A stretch of DNA of 64,000 bases, from assembly GCF_009914755.1 (NCBI RefSeq), contig NC_060926.1. The stretch is one strand, 5' to 3'. Below the pieces are notes generated by a model. That model saw only the letters and a list, made by a program, of their open reading frames with translations. It was not told where the DNA came from and searched no databases. Source of the DNA: the human T2T-CHM13v2.0 reference genome, Homo sapiens. How positions within the stretch are numbered: position 1 is the first letter of the stretch; every line of letters starts with the position of its first letter. Shown piece by piece: positions 1-12,960 of this stretch. The position numbers and the translations under genes were made by a program.

Positions 1-164
1 GTTGATGTTGATGCTGGAGGGGTAGAAGGAGGTGTGTCTGACCCACCACCTTCCATCGTGACCTGACCCAGCTTTTCAGGCTAACTTTGGAATGCTCTTG
101 GCCGAGAGGTGGGATCCACTCAGGTGGTTAGGCGAGGACATTAGAATTTTATTTTTGGTTTACA
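1..164 (-). mobile_element. MER4-group ERV1 LTR, 5' end (truncated by window edge)
   Basis: Reverse complement starts TGTAAACCAAAAATAAAATTCTAA, the same terminus as the + strand LTR at 22115. Confidence 0.75.
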
Positions 165-366
165 AATTGCATGTTAACAGAACCCTTTTGAAATCAATGC
201 CTTGATCCTAAGGATGCATTAGAGTGAGGGAAGACCAGGAGAGGCATCAACTGGGGAGACTATTGGAAAGATTTGCCTTTTGATAGCTCTCAAAAAAATA
301 CACTATACTATACACCTATTCCAACTATGTTTCTTTCCTTAAGAAACACTGTTTCTACTGTGGAAC

Positions 367-2315
367 AGTCATTGTTCTAGATGCCGGGATACAGAGATGA
401 GTTCGATCATTTCATATCCTCAGAAGTCCGTGCTCCTTCTGTAAAGTCATTGTTCTAGATGCCGGGATACAGAGATGCGTTAGATCATTTCATATTCTCA
501 GAAGTCTATGCTCCTCCTGTAAACTCATTGTTCTAGATGCCGGGATACAGAGATGAGTTAGATCATTTCATATTCTCAGAAGTCCATGCCCGTTCTGTGC
601 AGTCATTTTTCTAGATGCCGGGATACAGAGATGCGTTAGATCATTTCATATTCTCAGAAGTCCGTGCCCCTTCTGTAAAGTCATTGTTCTGGATGCTGGG
701 ATACAGAGATGAGTTTGATTATTTCATATCCTCAAAAGTCTGAGCTCCTTCTACGCAGTCATTGTTCTAGATGCCGGGATACAGAGATGAGTTAGATTAT
801 TTCATATTCTCAGAAGTCCGTGCTCCTTCTGTAAAGTCATGTTCTAGATGCCAGGATACAGAGATGAGTTCGATCATTTCATATTCTCAGAAGTCTATGC
901 TCCTCCTGTAAACTCATTGTTCTAGATGCCGGGATACAGAGATGAGTTAGATCATTTCATATTCTCAGAAGTCCATGCCCGTTCTGTGCAGTCATTTTTC
1001 TAGATGTCGGGATACAGAGATGCGTTAGATCATTTCATATTCTCAGAAGTCCGTGCCCCTTCTGTAAAGTCATTGTTCTAGATACCGGGATACAGAGATG
1101 CGTTAGATCATTTCATATCCTCAGAAGTCCGTACTCCTTCTGTAAAGTCATCGTTCTAGATGCCGGGATACAGAGATGAGTTTGATCATTTCATATCCTC
1201 AAAAGTCTGAGCTCCTTCTATGCAGTCATTGTTCTAGATGCCAGGATACAGAGATGCATTAGATCATTTCATATCCTCAGAAGTCTGTGCTCCTTCTGTA
1301 AAGTCATTGTTCTAGATGCTGGGATACAGAGATGAGTTATATCATTTTCTATCCTCAGAAGTCTGTACTCCTTCTGTAAAGTCATTGTTCTAGATGCCGG
1401 GATACAGAGATGCGTTAGATCATTTCATATCCTCAGAAGTCTATGCTCCTTCTGTAAAGTCATTGTTCTAGATGCCAGGATACAGAGATGAGTTCGATCA
1501 TTTCATATCCTCAGAAGTCTGTGCTCCTTCCGTAAAGTCATTGTTCTAGATGCCGGGATACAGAGGTGAGTTTGATCATTTCATATACTCAGAAGTCCAT
1601 GCTCCTTCTGTAAAGTCATTGTTCTAGATGCCAGGATACAGAGATGAGTTCGATCATTTCATATTCTCAGAAGTCCGTGCTCCTTCCATAAAGTCATTTT
1701 TCTAGATGCTGGGATACAGAGATGAGTTTGATCATTTCATATCCTCAGAAGTCTATGCTCCTTCTGTAAAGTCATTGTTCTAGATGCCAGGATACAGAGA
1801 TGAGTTCGATCATTTCATATCCTCAGAAGTCTGTGCTCCTTCCGTAAAGTCATTGTTCTAGATGCCGGGATACAGAGGTGAGTTTGATCATTTCATATAC
1901 TCAGAAGTCCATGCTCCTTCTATAAAGTCATTGTTCTAGATGCCAGGATACAGAGATGAGTTCGATCATTTCATATTCTCAGAAGTCCGTGCTCCTTCCA
2001 TAAAGTCATTTTTCTAGATGCCGGGATACAGAGATGAGTTTGATCATTTCATATCCTCAGAAGTCCATGCTTCTTCTGTAAAGTCGTTGTTCTAGATGCC
2101 GGGATACAGAGATGAGTTCGATCATTTCATATCCTCAAAAGTCCATGCTCCTTCTGTAAAGTCATTGTTCTAGATGCCGGGATACAGAGATAAGTTAGAT
2201 CATTTCATATTCTCAGAAGTCCATGCTCCTTCTGTAAAGTCATTGTTTTAGATGCCAGGATACAGAAATGCATTAGATTATTTCATATTCTGAAAAGTCC
2301 ATGCTCCTTCTGTAA
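367..2315. repeat. Minisatellite, 78-bp unit x25 (intron 3)
   Basis: Unit AGTCATTGTTCTAGATGCCGGGATACAGAGATGAGTTCGATCATTTCATATCCTCAGAAGTCCGTGCTCCTTCTGTAA starts at 367, 445, 523, 601, 679, 757, 835 (one 1-bp deletion) and onward. Confidence 0.97.
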
Positions 2316-4744
2316 AGACAGACACCTGAAGAAGGCACTTCATTTAGGGATGAATTTATTAGATCATCAGGAAACATGATGGTTTGTTGGTTGGAGAACT
2401 GACTTACTTTGAGTAAAAGTTTTAATAATAATAAAATACTTTTATCCTTCAAAACACATCTAGTTACTTTAGAGCCGAAAAGGAAAAAAAATAACTTTTC
2501 TAAATAATAATATCCAAAACTAGAGTGTGCCTAAATCATTTCTTCCACTCACTCATGGACAGTGGTATGGCCCTAGGCTTTTGGAAAGTGATAGGAAAGC
2601 ACAGAGCCTGCCTACGGAAGTGTTTACGAAAAGGGAGAGTCTGAGACCACCCTACCCCCTCATTCATCACTTCACTTACCTGGATAGCATGGGGCCAGGG
2701 ACAAAGGGACTTTGCTCCCAAGGTAGATGGGGCCAGAGTTTTAGTGTTTACGCTCATTCCCTGAGACCAGCTCCCATAGAGCAATGGAAAGGAGACCAGG
2801 GCAGGCTGCACACAGAAGGGGCCACATCTGGGGAGGGGGGCCCTGTGCCTGGGGACCCAGATCTTTATGATGTGCAGTGAGCTTGCCGGCCCAGGCTCTG
2901 GGGAAGAGCATCCCTGTTTGACTGGAGAGTGCAGTGTGTTCTGAAGGAAGATATGATGTCCAGGGAGGCAGGGGAGGGTTCTGGGGCCTGCGGCCCAGGC
3001 TGCATCAGCAACCAGGTTCACCTGCAGCAGCCAGACCCTGTGAGGGAGGCAGGCATTGTGTCTGGGCCACCTGGCCAGGTGTGGCTGGTAGTGAGTGGCC
3101 CCATGAGTGTGTGGGGGTGAGGGTGAGTGTGCCCTTGACCTGGCAGGCACCCCTCGGACAGGGCAGTGTGCTTTTCTCCCACCATGGCAAAGAGCGGGCA
3201 CTGCAGATCTGCTCCCTCCACCTGCCGTGAGAGTGGGAGCAACTGTCTCCCTTTCTCCGCTTCATAATTTTATAATTTCGGCATGGACAGAAGAAGCGTC
3301 TGCATGAGGAGGCTGTGGGTCCGGGAGACCAGAGGCCGAGGAACCAAATGCTCCCATCAGTCTCAGTTGCTCACCCCATGATCTGTCTGGGCTCACACTC
3401 CTTGAGCAGTAAATTCATTCCCTTTTAGCATTCAGGGACCATTTCCAATATTCACAATTTGCTGTGAGTTCCAGGGTGTATTCAGCCTGGAATATCTGCA
3501 TCTAGATTGGTGATACCATTTGAGTCTGTTTACTGTTCACGGTGAAACACTCTGGGCATTACTGGGATGACAGACAGAAGAGCTAAAGGAGTGTTATTAT
3601 TTAATCAAATGAAGCTATTGGATGATGTCCCCAAACCGAGAGCGATCCAGAGAATTCGTGGAAACATACATTTGATGCATGGCTCTGTGTGGGCTCTTCA
3701 CATTAAGAATGCGAAACCAGCTAGAGTCAAAGTTTCCCTAATTTGAGTTTGATTTTCAGATATTTTGCTGCAATTAAGAGCCTGAAAGTGTCACCTATTA
3801 ATACCTTGCTTATGTTCTGAAGCTGAGGTCTTAAAGTAACATGCAGCCCTGGGCTGGGCTGCAAACTGTCTGCATTCGGAATGACCCATGGCTGGGGCCC
3901 CTGGGAAATAGCAGCAGATGAACAGAGCAGACTGTGGCTTGTGGGGTGGCTGAAGCACCTTTCCAGGCTCTCCTGAACTGAGCTCCCCACAGGCTGGGCT
4001 CTGCAGAACATGGACATGACGGGAAAGTGACCAGCCAGCAAGGGAGAGTCCTCTGAGCTACACGGCAGTTGCAGGGACAGGAAGGGCTGGCATGGGCAGC
4101 ATGGCCTGGGGACCTATCCGGGGGATCCACTGGGTGATACCCTCCACGTCACTGTCAAGAGCTGAGCTCAGTTTCCCAGACCCCTGCTTTCCTGACGTAC
4201 CCCTTTTGGGCCCAGATTGTGTTGTCCCATGGGTGCCAGGCAAAAGAAGGGATGAGACAGGTGAGCCCTCGAGTGGGTGCAGGTGATGTTCTAGGAAGCA
4301 GAGAAAGTGGATTTCATCAAAAGGAGCACCCTTGGCCTTCAGATCTCCAGAGAATTCTTGTTCTTCCTATTAGCCAAATGTCTTGCTCAGATAGATTTTA
4401 GATAAATGTCTCCAAGGAAAGCACGCGTTTTGGGGAGGGTTGCTATCCTGTCTACCATGGCGAGTCCTGGGGAACCTGCACAGGTGCTTACACTCTGGCT
4501 CTGCTGCTGCTGTGACTGACAATGTCACTTGTGTCTGGGCCGAGAGTCTCCTGTCTTTGGCTGGCATCCATGAACTATGGCTGGCTAATGTGTTAGTTGT
4601 AAGTAGCTATAATCTCAGTGTCCTCAAAGTTCATGACTATATAGTACCTTTTACAAACATGTCAGCCGATATAAAACACGTGTTTTATATTTTAAGTTAA
4701 ATGTCATACGCATTTGTATGTACATGAAGTTATTTCTAATATAT

Positions 4745-7119
4745 ATGGTGAGTGATTTGCCCCATCCCGTTGGTGATAAGGGAGTTTTTGCTCAGTTACT
4801 TCACGTGAGATCTGGTTGTTTAAAAGTCTGTGGCATCTCCCCCACTCTACTCTCCTGCTCCTGCTCTTACTCCGGGACCTGACCACTCCCCATTCAACTT
4901 CTGCCATGGTTGTCGGCTTCATGAGGCCCTCACCAGAAGCCAGGCAGGTGCAGGAGCCATGCTTATATAGCCAGAAGAACCGTGAGCCAATTAAACTTCT
5001 TTTCTGGGTAAATTACCAAGTCTCAGGTATTTCTTTATAGCAATGTGAAAATGGCCTAACACAGAAAATTGGTACTGAGGAGTAGGGTGTTTCTATAAAG
5101 ATACCTGAAATTGTGGCAGTGGCTTTGGAACTGTGTAATGGCAGGGGTTGGAAGAGTTTGGAGGGCTGAGAAGAAGAGAGAAAGACAAGGGAAAGTTTAG
5201 AACTTCCTAGAGACTTGCCAAATGACTGTGACCAAAACGCTGGTAGAAATAAGGACAGTGAAGGCCAGGCTGACATGGTCTCAGATGGAAATGAGGAACT
5301 TACTGGGAACTGGAGGTAGAGGCCGCCTGTGCTATGCCTCAGCAAAGAGCTTGGCTGCATTGTGTCCAAGTCGTGGGCATCTATGGAAATTTGAACTTAC
5401 GAGTGATGACTTGGAGTATCTGGCAGAAGAAATTTCTATGCAGCAAAGAATTCAAGGGGTGGTCTGGCTTCTTCTAACAACCAACCATCAGATATGAGAG
5501 CAAAGAAATGATTTGTATTTGGAAATTATATTTAAAAGGGAAGCAGAGCATAAACATTTGGAAAATTTGCAGGCTAGCCACTTGATAGAAAACAATATCC
5601 TGTTTTCAGGGAAAGAATTAAAGGGGGTTGTTGGAGTAACCATTTACTAGAGAGATTAGCATGACTAAAAGGGAGCCAAGTGCTACTATCCAAGACAACA
5701 GGAAAAGGGCCTCGAAGAAAGCATGGTATAAGTCCTCAGGACAGCCCTTACTGTAACAAGGCCAGAGATCTAGGAGGAAAGAATGACTTCAGAGTCTAGA
5801 CCTTGGGCCTCTTTGTCCTGTGCAGCCCAGGGACACTGATCCCTGTATCCCAGCTACTCTGGCTCTGGGCTTGGCTCAGAGGGGCCCAGGTACTACTCAA
5901 GCCACAGCTTGAACAGTCCAAGCCGTAAGTGTCTATAGCTTTCACACGGTGTTCAGCCTTCAGGCTCACAGAATGCAGGAGTTAAGGAGGCTTAGTAGCT
6001 TCCCCTAGATTTCAGAGAATCCATGAAAAAGCCTAGTGCCCAGGTAGAAGCCTACTTCAGGGGCAAAGCCCTCTCAGAATGACTCTACTAGGGCCATGCT
6101 GAGGGGGAATGTGAGGTTGAAGCCCCCACACAGAGTGCCCACTGAGACACTGCTTAATGGAGCTGTGGGAAGGGGGCCATCGCCCTGCAGACCCCAGAAT
6201 TGTAGATCCACCAGCAGCTTGCACTCTGCAACTGAAAAAGCCTCAAGTGCTCAACTCCAACCCATGAGAGCAGCCAGGTGGGCTGTGTTCAGGGAAGCCA
6301 CAGGGGCAGAGCTGCCCAAGGCTATGGGAGCCCATTCCTCACACCAGGGTACAGGACACGGAGTCAAAGGAGATTGTTTCAGAGCTTTAAGATTTAATGA
6401 ATTGCCTGCTGAGTGTAGACTGGTGTGGGGCCTATCAAGCCTTCCTGTTGGCTGATTTCTCCCTTTTAGAATGGAAAAATATACCCAATGCTGGTGCCCC
6501 CATTGTATCTTGGAAACATATAACTGCTTTTTTATCTCAGAGGCTCATAGGTAGAAGGACCTCATCTCCAGATGAGACTTTGGACTTGGGATTTTGAGTT
6601 AATGCCAGAATAAATTAAGACTTTGGGGGACTGTTGCGAATGCGCAATTGTATTTTGGAATGTGAGAAAGGTGTGGGATTTGGGGGAACGGGTAGAATAA
6701 TAAGGTGTAGATGCTTTTCCCCCTTAAATCTCATGTTAAAATGTGATTCTGGATGTTGGAGGTGAGGCCTGGTGAGAGGCGATTGGATCACAAGGGCAAA
6801 TCCCTGATGAATGGTTTAGCCCCATCCTCTTGGTGATGAGTCAGTTCTTGCCCAGGAAGTCCATGTGAGACCTGGTTGTTTTACGTTGTGTGGCACCTGC
6901 CCGCTTGACCTCTTGCTCCTTCTCTCACCATGTGAGACACCTGCTCCTGCTGCACCTTCCACCATGACTGTGGCTTCCTGAGGTCTCCCCAGAAGCCAAG
7001 CAGATCCTGGGTCCATGTTTGCACAGCCCGCAGAACCTTGAGCCAATTAAATCCCTTTTCCTTATAAATTACCCATTCTCAGGTATTTCTTTACAGCAAT
7101 GCAAAAAATAGGTTAACAA
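4745..7119 (+). mobile_element. MaLR MST-type provirus: partial 5' LTR (~4745-5063), internal region (~5064-6697), 3' LTR (~6698-7119)
   Basis: Two homologous LTR ends (...CTCAGGTATTTCTTTA(T/C)AGCAATG...TAACA) flank a ~1.6-kb internal part that starts GAAAATTGGTACTGAGG and ends in a purine-rich tract. Confidence 0.88.
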
Positions 7120-7127
7120 GTAAGCTT

Positions 7128-7327
7128 TTTAAAAATTTATTTTTATTGTATGTATTTCCGATGTGCAAAATGATGTTTTGATATACAAATACATAATGAA
7201 ATGATCACTACCGTCAAACAAAGTTAACATACCCATCACCTTCCGTAGTGATTGGTGTGTACATGTGGTGAGAGCACTTAAAATCTCTCTTAGCACATTA
7301 GTTTTTAGTATTCAATATTATTAACTA
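7128..7327 (-). mobile_element. Old L1 (L1MA-like) 3' end fragment
   Basis: T-rich tail followed by typical L1MA 3'UTR antisense text (GATGTTTTGATATAC...CCCATCACC...GTGGTGAGAGCACTTAAAATCT). Confidence 0.65.
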
Positions 7328-8106
7328 CGGAAGGAATACAAGTGCTTAGCACAGCACCTAAAACTTTATTTTCACTCAGTAAGCACTATGTATTTTGGGG
7401 TTATTATTAATAAACAAAAATATAAACAATGCATTTAATTATGGCAGAACAACTGAAGAGAACAACTAGGTCACTTTTCCCAAAGCCACAGTAGGTGATT
7501 CTGAGCCCTGAGCCTCATGTCTAACTTGCAGAGGGAAGGAGGTTCTCCTGCCAGCTCTGTAGTTCTGTCTGGCGTCTGACACTCGCACACCTGCCAACAC
7601 CTCCCCAACTCTACTCTCTTGCTCCTGCTCTTGCTCTAGGACCTGTCCACTCACACACCTGCCGTGGTCACTTGGGCAGTGCTGGCCTCCTGTCAGCTGG
7701 AGAGGCCCCGCCCTGCAGGCGACTCAGCCAGGGCAGCTGTCTGGAGCCCCCAGAGCACAGTCCGCTGTGGTCACTCTGCTTCTTCTTTGAGGCCTGGCCC
7801 TGCCAGCTTTGCTGCCAAAGGTGATTGACTCAACATTCAGACAAGAAGGATGGTGAACTTGATGTAGTCCTCCCTTGGGTCCTGGGGACTCAGTAATTCC
7901 ATTCTGCAGGTGCCTGGACAATGCTCTGATCCACCCAGGTGTTGGCAGCATTGTTGCAAAGGTCACCTCTGTGCTTTCTCTCCAGGTTCCCCAGGTCCTC
8001 AAATGCTAGTAGGCAAGCCAGTTGTGAAACCTTGGATTGGTTCCGTGTAGCTGCTGCTGCTGAGAATCTAAAAAGGCCAGGTGCTTGTGTGGGAGACCAG
8101 GAGTAA

Positions 8107-8522
8107 GGGGAGGCCTGCAGGTGAGGGGAGGCCCCAGGTGTGGAGAGGCCTGCAGGTGAGGGGAGGCCTGCAGGTGAGGAGAGGCCTGCAGGTGGGGTGA
8201 GGCCTGCAGGTGAGGAGAGGCCTGCAGGTGGGGTGAGGCCTGCAGGTGAGGGGAGGCCTGCAGGTGAGGGGAGGCCTGCAGGTGAGGAGAGGCCTGCAGG
8301 TGGGGTGAGGCCTGCAGGTGGGGTGAGGCCTGCAGGTGAGGTGAGGCCCCAGGTAAGGAGAGGCCTGCAGGTGAGGGGAGGCCTGCAGGTGAGGAGAGGC
8401 CTGCAGGTGAGGGGAGGCATGCAGGTGGGGTGAGGCCTGCAGGTGAGGAGAGGCCTGCAGGTGAGGAGAGGCCTGCAGGTGAGGGGAGGCCCCAGATGAG
8501 GAGAGGCATTCAGATGAGGCAG
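8107..8522. repeat. G-rich minisatellite, 18-bp unit x~23
   Basis: Unit GAGGCCTGCAGGTGAGG(A/G), with GTGGGGT and GAGGCCCCAGG variants. Confidence 0.96.
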
Positions 8523-9034
8523 GCTTCACATATTTCTTATTCTATGAGGGTGTGTTTAGCTCTCACTGTGAACAGCTTTGCTGCCCCGTTCTAGGGCTGC
8601 ATTGAGCCAATGCTCTGCACTGGAGTGGGAAGGGAAGAAGTTGGAGCTGGGACACATGCAGCTTCTGCAGGCTTTGGCTCTGAGATCAGGGCAGGGCTGT
8701 GCGCTTCCCAGTCTCCTGTTTCATTAGCTGGGATGTAAACAAATCATATCTTGGTTTGGATGTGATGGCCTGTCCGCAATTGTTATGAGAATCCAATTCA
8801 TTCTGATTTGGCAGTTTTGTAAAGGGCAAGTCTGTGCCATTTTCCTCATCATTCAATACTGATGCATCACTTACACCCTATTCCTGTTCCTAAACCCAGT
8901 GACCCCGTGGACAGCAACTGCACATGTTTTACCTGTGCACACCCCGCAGTGCCTGTCACATTGTCTGGGACACAGTAGTTACTCAATAAATGTCTGCTTA
9001 ATTAATTAGTAATTAAGTACCAAAGATACCATAG

Positions 9035-9265
<231 letters not shown>

Positions 9266-10238
9266 TGAGGAGTGGCAACTCCCGAAGGAGGACACCTTGA
9301 CTTTGTGCAGGGGCTGCTTGCTCAGGGCATGTTTTTTACTTGAGACCAAGCAGGATGGGACTCCAGCTCTTTCAAAGCATACAAGCTGCAATTTTTAAAA
9401 ATGCTTACCAAACAGTCTCAATATCTTATTTTTGTTACTCTGGAAAATAGCCATTTCTCTCCTATCCAAATCAAATTTGAGAAGTAGCTCAATAAGCTAA
9501 ACATCCATTTTTTATGGTATAAAATAATTTAGGAATTTTCCCATAGCCCCCCTCTTAGTTAAAACTTGGCAAGCTCATTCATAAAACCTCTACAGTGAAA
9601 GGACTTCATGTGTGAGGCAGCGCATTGCAGGGAGCCCCATCTTCCCACTGAGTTGCTGGTGCCTCAGCAGAACTACCCAGGACATTTGAGAGCCAATTTA
9701 CTCATCTCTAAAATGAGGACAGTGGCACTGCTCACTCCAATGGCTATCAGAAGACCAGTGCATAAACCAGGAGCAAATGTCGTCATTTCTTCAGCTCTAA
9801 AGCACTCTATGGGCATAAGATACTGAGATGGTAATGCAGGCAGTCAAAAGGCATATTGGTGCTTCCTATGATGCAGAGCAAGTAAGCGAAATGTCTTTTT
9901 AATTAATTTATCAAGAATTTTTTCTCTGCAGCGCCATGAGCTACTTGGCCTCTGAGTTCTTCCTTCTAACTAGCTATAGATCAATTTGGTGCTGGTTACT
10001 TAGCTTTTAGAATAAGACAAACTTGGCTAAATCAGTATTGACCAGAATTCTCAAATCCTAAACTTAACAGTGAAGTTTAATTAATTTCATAGCAAGCTAA
10101 GATTCACCACTTTGAAATGTCCTTTCTTTCAAACCATATGGCTGAACGATGTTTCTAAGAACTCTCGGTCCACTGTCCTGTTACGGGACACTGTCCTGTC
10201 CACTGTCCTGTCAGGCCTCCTATGGAAATGGCAGTTCC

Positions 10239-10246
10239 TGACGTCA
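10239..10246. promoter_or_regulatory. Full palindromic CRE (TGACGTCA), function untested
   Basis: CTGACGTCAG 10-bp palindrome at 10238-10247 in intron 4. Confidence 0.3.
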
Positions 10247-10571
10247 GAAGATGTGGGTCTTTCTGGTCCATGCCTTAGAGCCACATGCTCACTGCCGGGT
10301 CTGTAGACATCGATGTTTAGGAGAATAGGCTGAGGTATTTGGTCCAGGCTATAATGTAGAACTTAAGAACTCCATAATTTAGAATTTTTTAAAATGATTT
10401 CCGTTGTAAGTATAGCCCATCTTGAAAATTTAGAACACGAGGAACCTAAAAAGGTTTCCCATTACTTCATCACCAAGCCAGAATTCCATTAAAGGTCAGT
10501 GCCTGTCCTTCTAGGCTGCTCCTTCATGTTGGTCTTGTGTGTTACATGACTATGACCTCATAGTTCTTTTC

Positions 10572-10867
<296 letters not shown>

Positions 10868-11813
10868 AATGGTTCTTTTCTATCGCACATGATTTGTTGT
10901 CTGCAAGCACCTGCTTGAGGGCATTCCTGTCAAGAAGAATCTGTGCTCAGCTTTTTGAAGAATGCGTAATCCTCCACTAACTGAATGCACACTGCAGTCC
11001 AAGGTTTACTTAACTGTTCCCATAGAGCCATTCCCGTTGGACTGTTAGTGAGCATTCATGATTGAAAGACTAGTTTGTTTCTCTCATATCTGAAAATGGA
11101 ATGCATTCCTTCCTGGCTTTTTTTTCTTTTGAATATCTCAATTTCACTGGTATCTTGTTAATCAAAGTTTTGTGGCATTATCCTCAAAGATTTATATAAA
11201 CCATATTGGAGAAGTAATCGATGATTACCTCTACTAATGGACAATAAAGCCACTCTCACCTTGATTTGTTGAATAACATATAAATTATAGTGACAGAATT
11301 AATCCAAAAAAAAGAAAAACAGGAAATTGTTTCCTGGGTTCTCGTCTCATCTGGAAAGATTTACAAGGGAACCAAAAATCAATACAAAGGAAAAACGAAA
11401 GGTTTTATAGATAAGCGTACCATCTTCATCAAGGCAAGATTTTTTCTACATTAGGGTTCGGGATAAATTCTACTCCTCACTGTCTTCTAAAGCACTGGGG
11501 CCATTACTAGGCACACATGCCTCACTGTTCGAATATGATGAATGAGCCCTGGAGATGTGCTTAGTGAGAGTTGATGGTAACTGCAAAGTTACTTGCTGGC
11601 TTATCCCCCTGAGGGCTGAGAGCTCCTAGATTGCTTTTCTGAAAGATCACAGAGCAAAAATAAATTTTAAAACCCCCACATTTCTAGCAATAAGGAAGCT
11701 CAAGGGAATTAAATGAGTGAGCACTTGATGTAAAGGGAGAAGGCAGATTTTCTCAAAAACAGTGACCCCAGTTACATATGAATCCCAAATTCAGATGCTG
11801 GAGTCACTTTTGA

Positions 11814-12050
<237 letters not shown>

Positions 12051-12249
12051 TGAAAGTTGGATCTGAACATGACTAGATGCCATCATGAAGGAACTTCTAC
12101 CACCACTGGTGGATCTGTATCCACCCCTGAGCCCCTGGTTCCTGTCCTTGGCCTCCCCGACATGGCCTCCTGCATGCCTGGTGGTGCCTCAAGCAGCGTG
12201 CCAAGCAGTACTGTCATTCCCAGCCACAACGTCCCATCCACATAGGTGC

Positions 12250-12960
12250 TTACAGGTGACTCTTAACTTCCTAACCCCACAAATTCCACCGCCCTTCACC
12301 TAAGAGCTCAAGCCACGTGCTTAGGCGCCATCCTTGATTTCGCTAGCTCCGCTACCCATTGTTTCCAATGCACCCCCAAGACTGTCACTTTTACCTCCAA
12401 AATGAGTCCTCTCCACTCCCTGTCACCTTAGCTGAAGCCAAAATAACCATCCAGCTGCCATCACGTGGTGGTCCCCTCACTGGTTCTCCTAATTTAACTC
12501 TTGCTTTCCCCATTCACGCTCCCTGTTATGGCCAACACCATCTCAGCACCCTCCTTCTCAACTCCTCCCTCAGTCCCCACTGCACTCAGAGTGAGTTCAG
12601 ATCCGCCCAACAGTGGTGACCGCCCACCTCCTCTGGTCCACAATGGCAGGAGATGGACAGGAGCTTTGGCCACACACAGAGGCATGTGATTCAGTCTGGG
12701 GTTCAGAATGGTTTTCTGAAGAAGGTGATATGCGAGTGAGCCAAATCTTAAAGGATGAGTGGGCATTTCTCAAATGGTCCACAGGGTAGAGAAGAGGGCT
12801 TTGCAAAGGCCGGAAAGAGCAAGATGCGTTTGGGCTGAAACGTGCAGCCTTTGGCACACAGAGGGGCAGAGGGAGAGCAGCCGGGATTGTGGCGCCTGTG
12901 GGGTCTGGGGGAAACAGTGTGCCCGGTGGTCACCTAGAAGCTTTGTCACAATAGTGTGGC
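12250..12960. mobile_element. Degraded L2 fragments (both orientations)
   Basis: L2-like text such as CCATCCTTGA...TTTTACCTCCAAAAT and TTCTGAAGAAGGTGATAT...TCTTAAAGGATGAGT. Confidence 0.45.

Noticed and set aside
2527-4567. Cluster of 60-221-aa ORFs
   Set aside because: GC-rich intronic DNA with no recognisable domain; overlapping frames on both strands are consistent with chance.
7890-8529. PAGL/ASPHLQ repeat ORFs
   Set aside because: Translation of the 18-bp VNTR.
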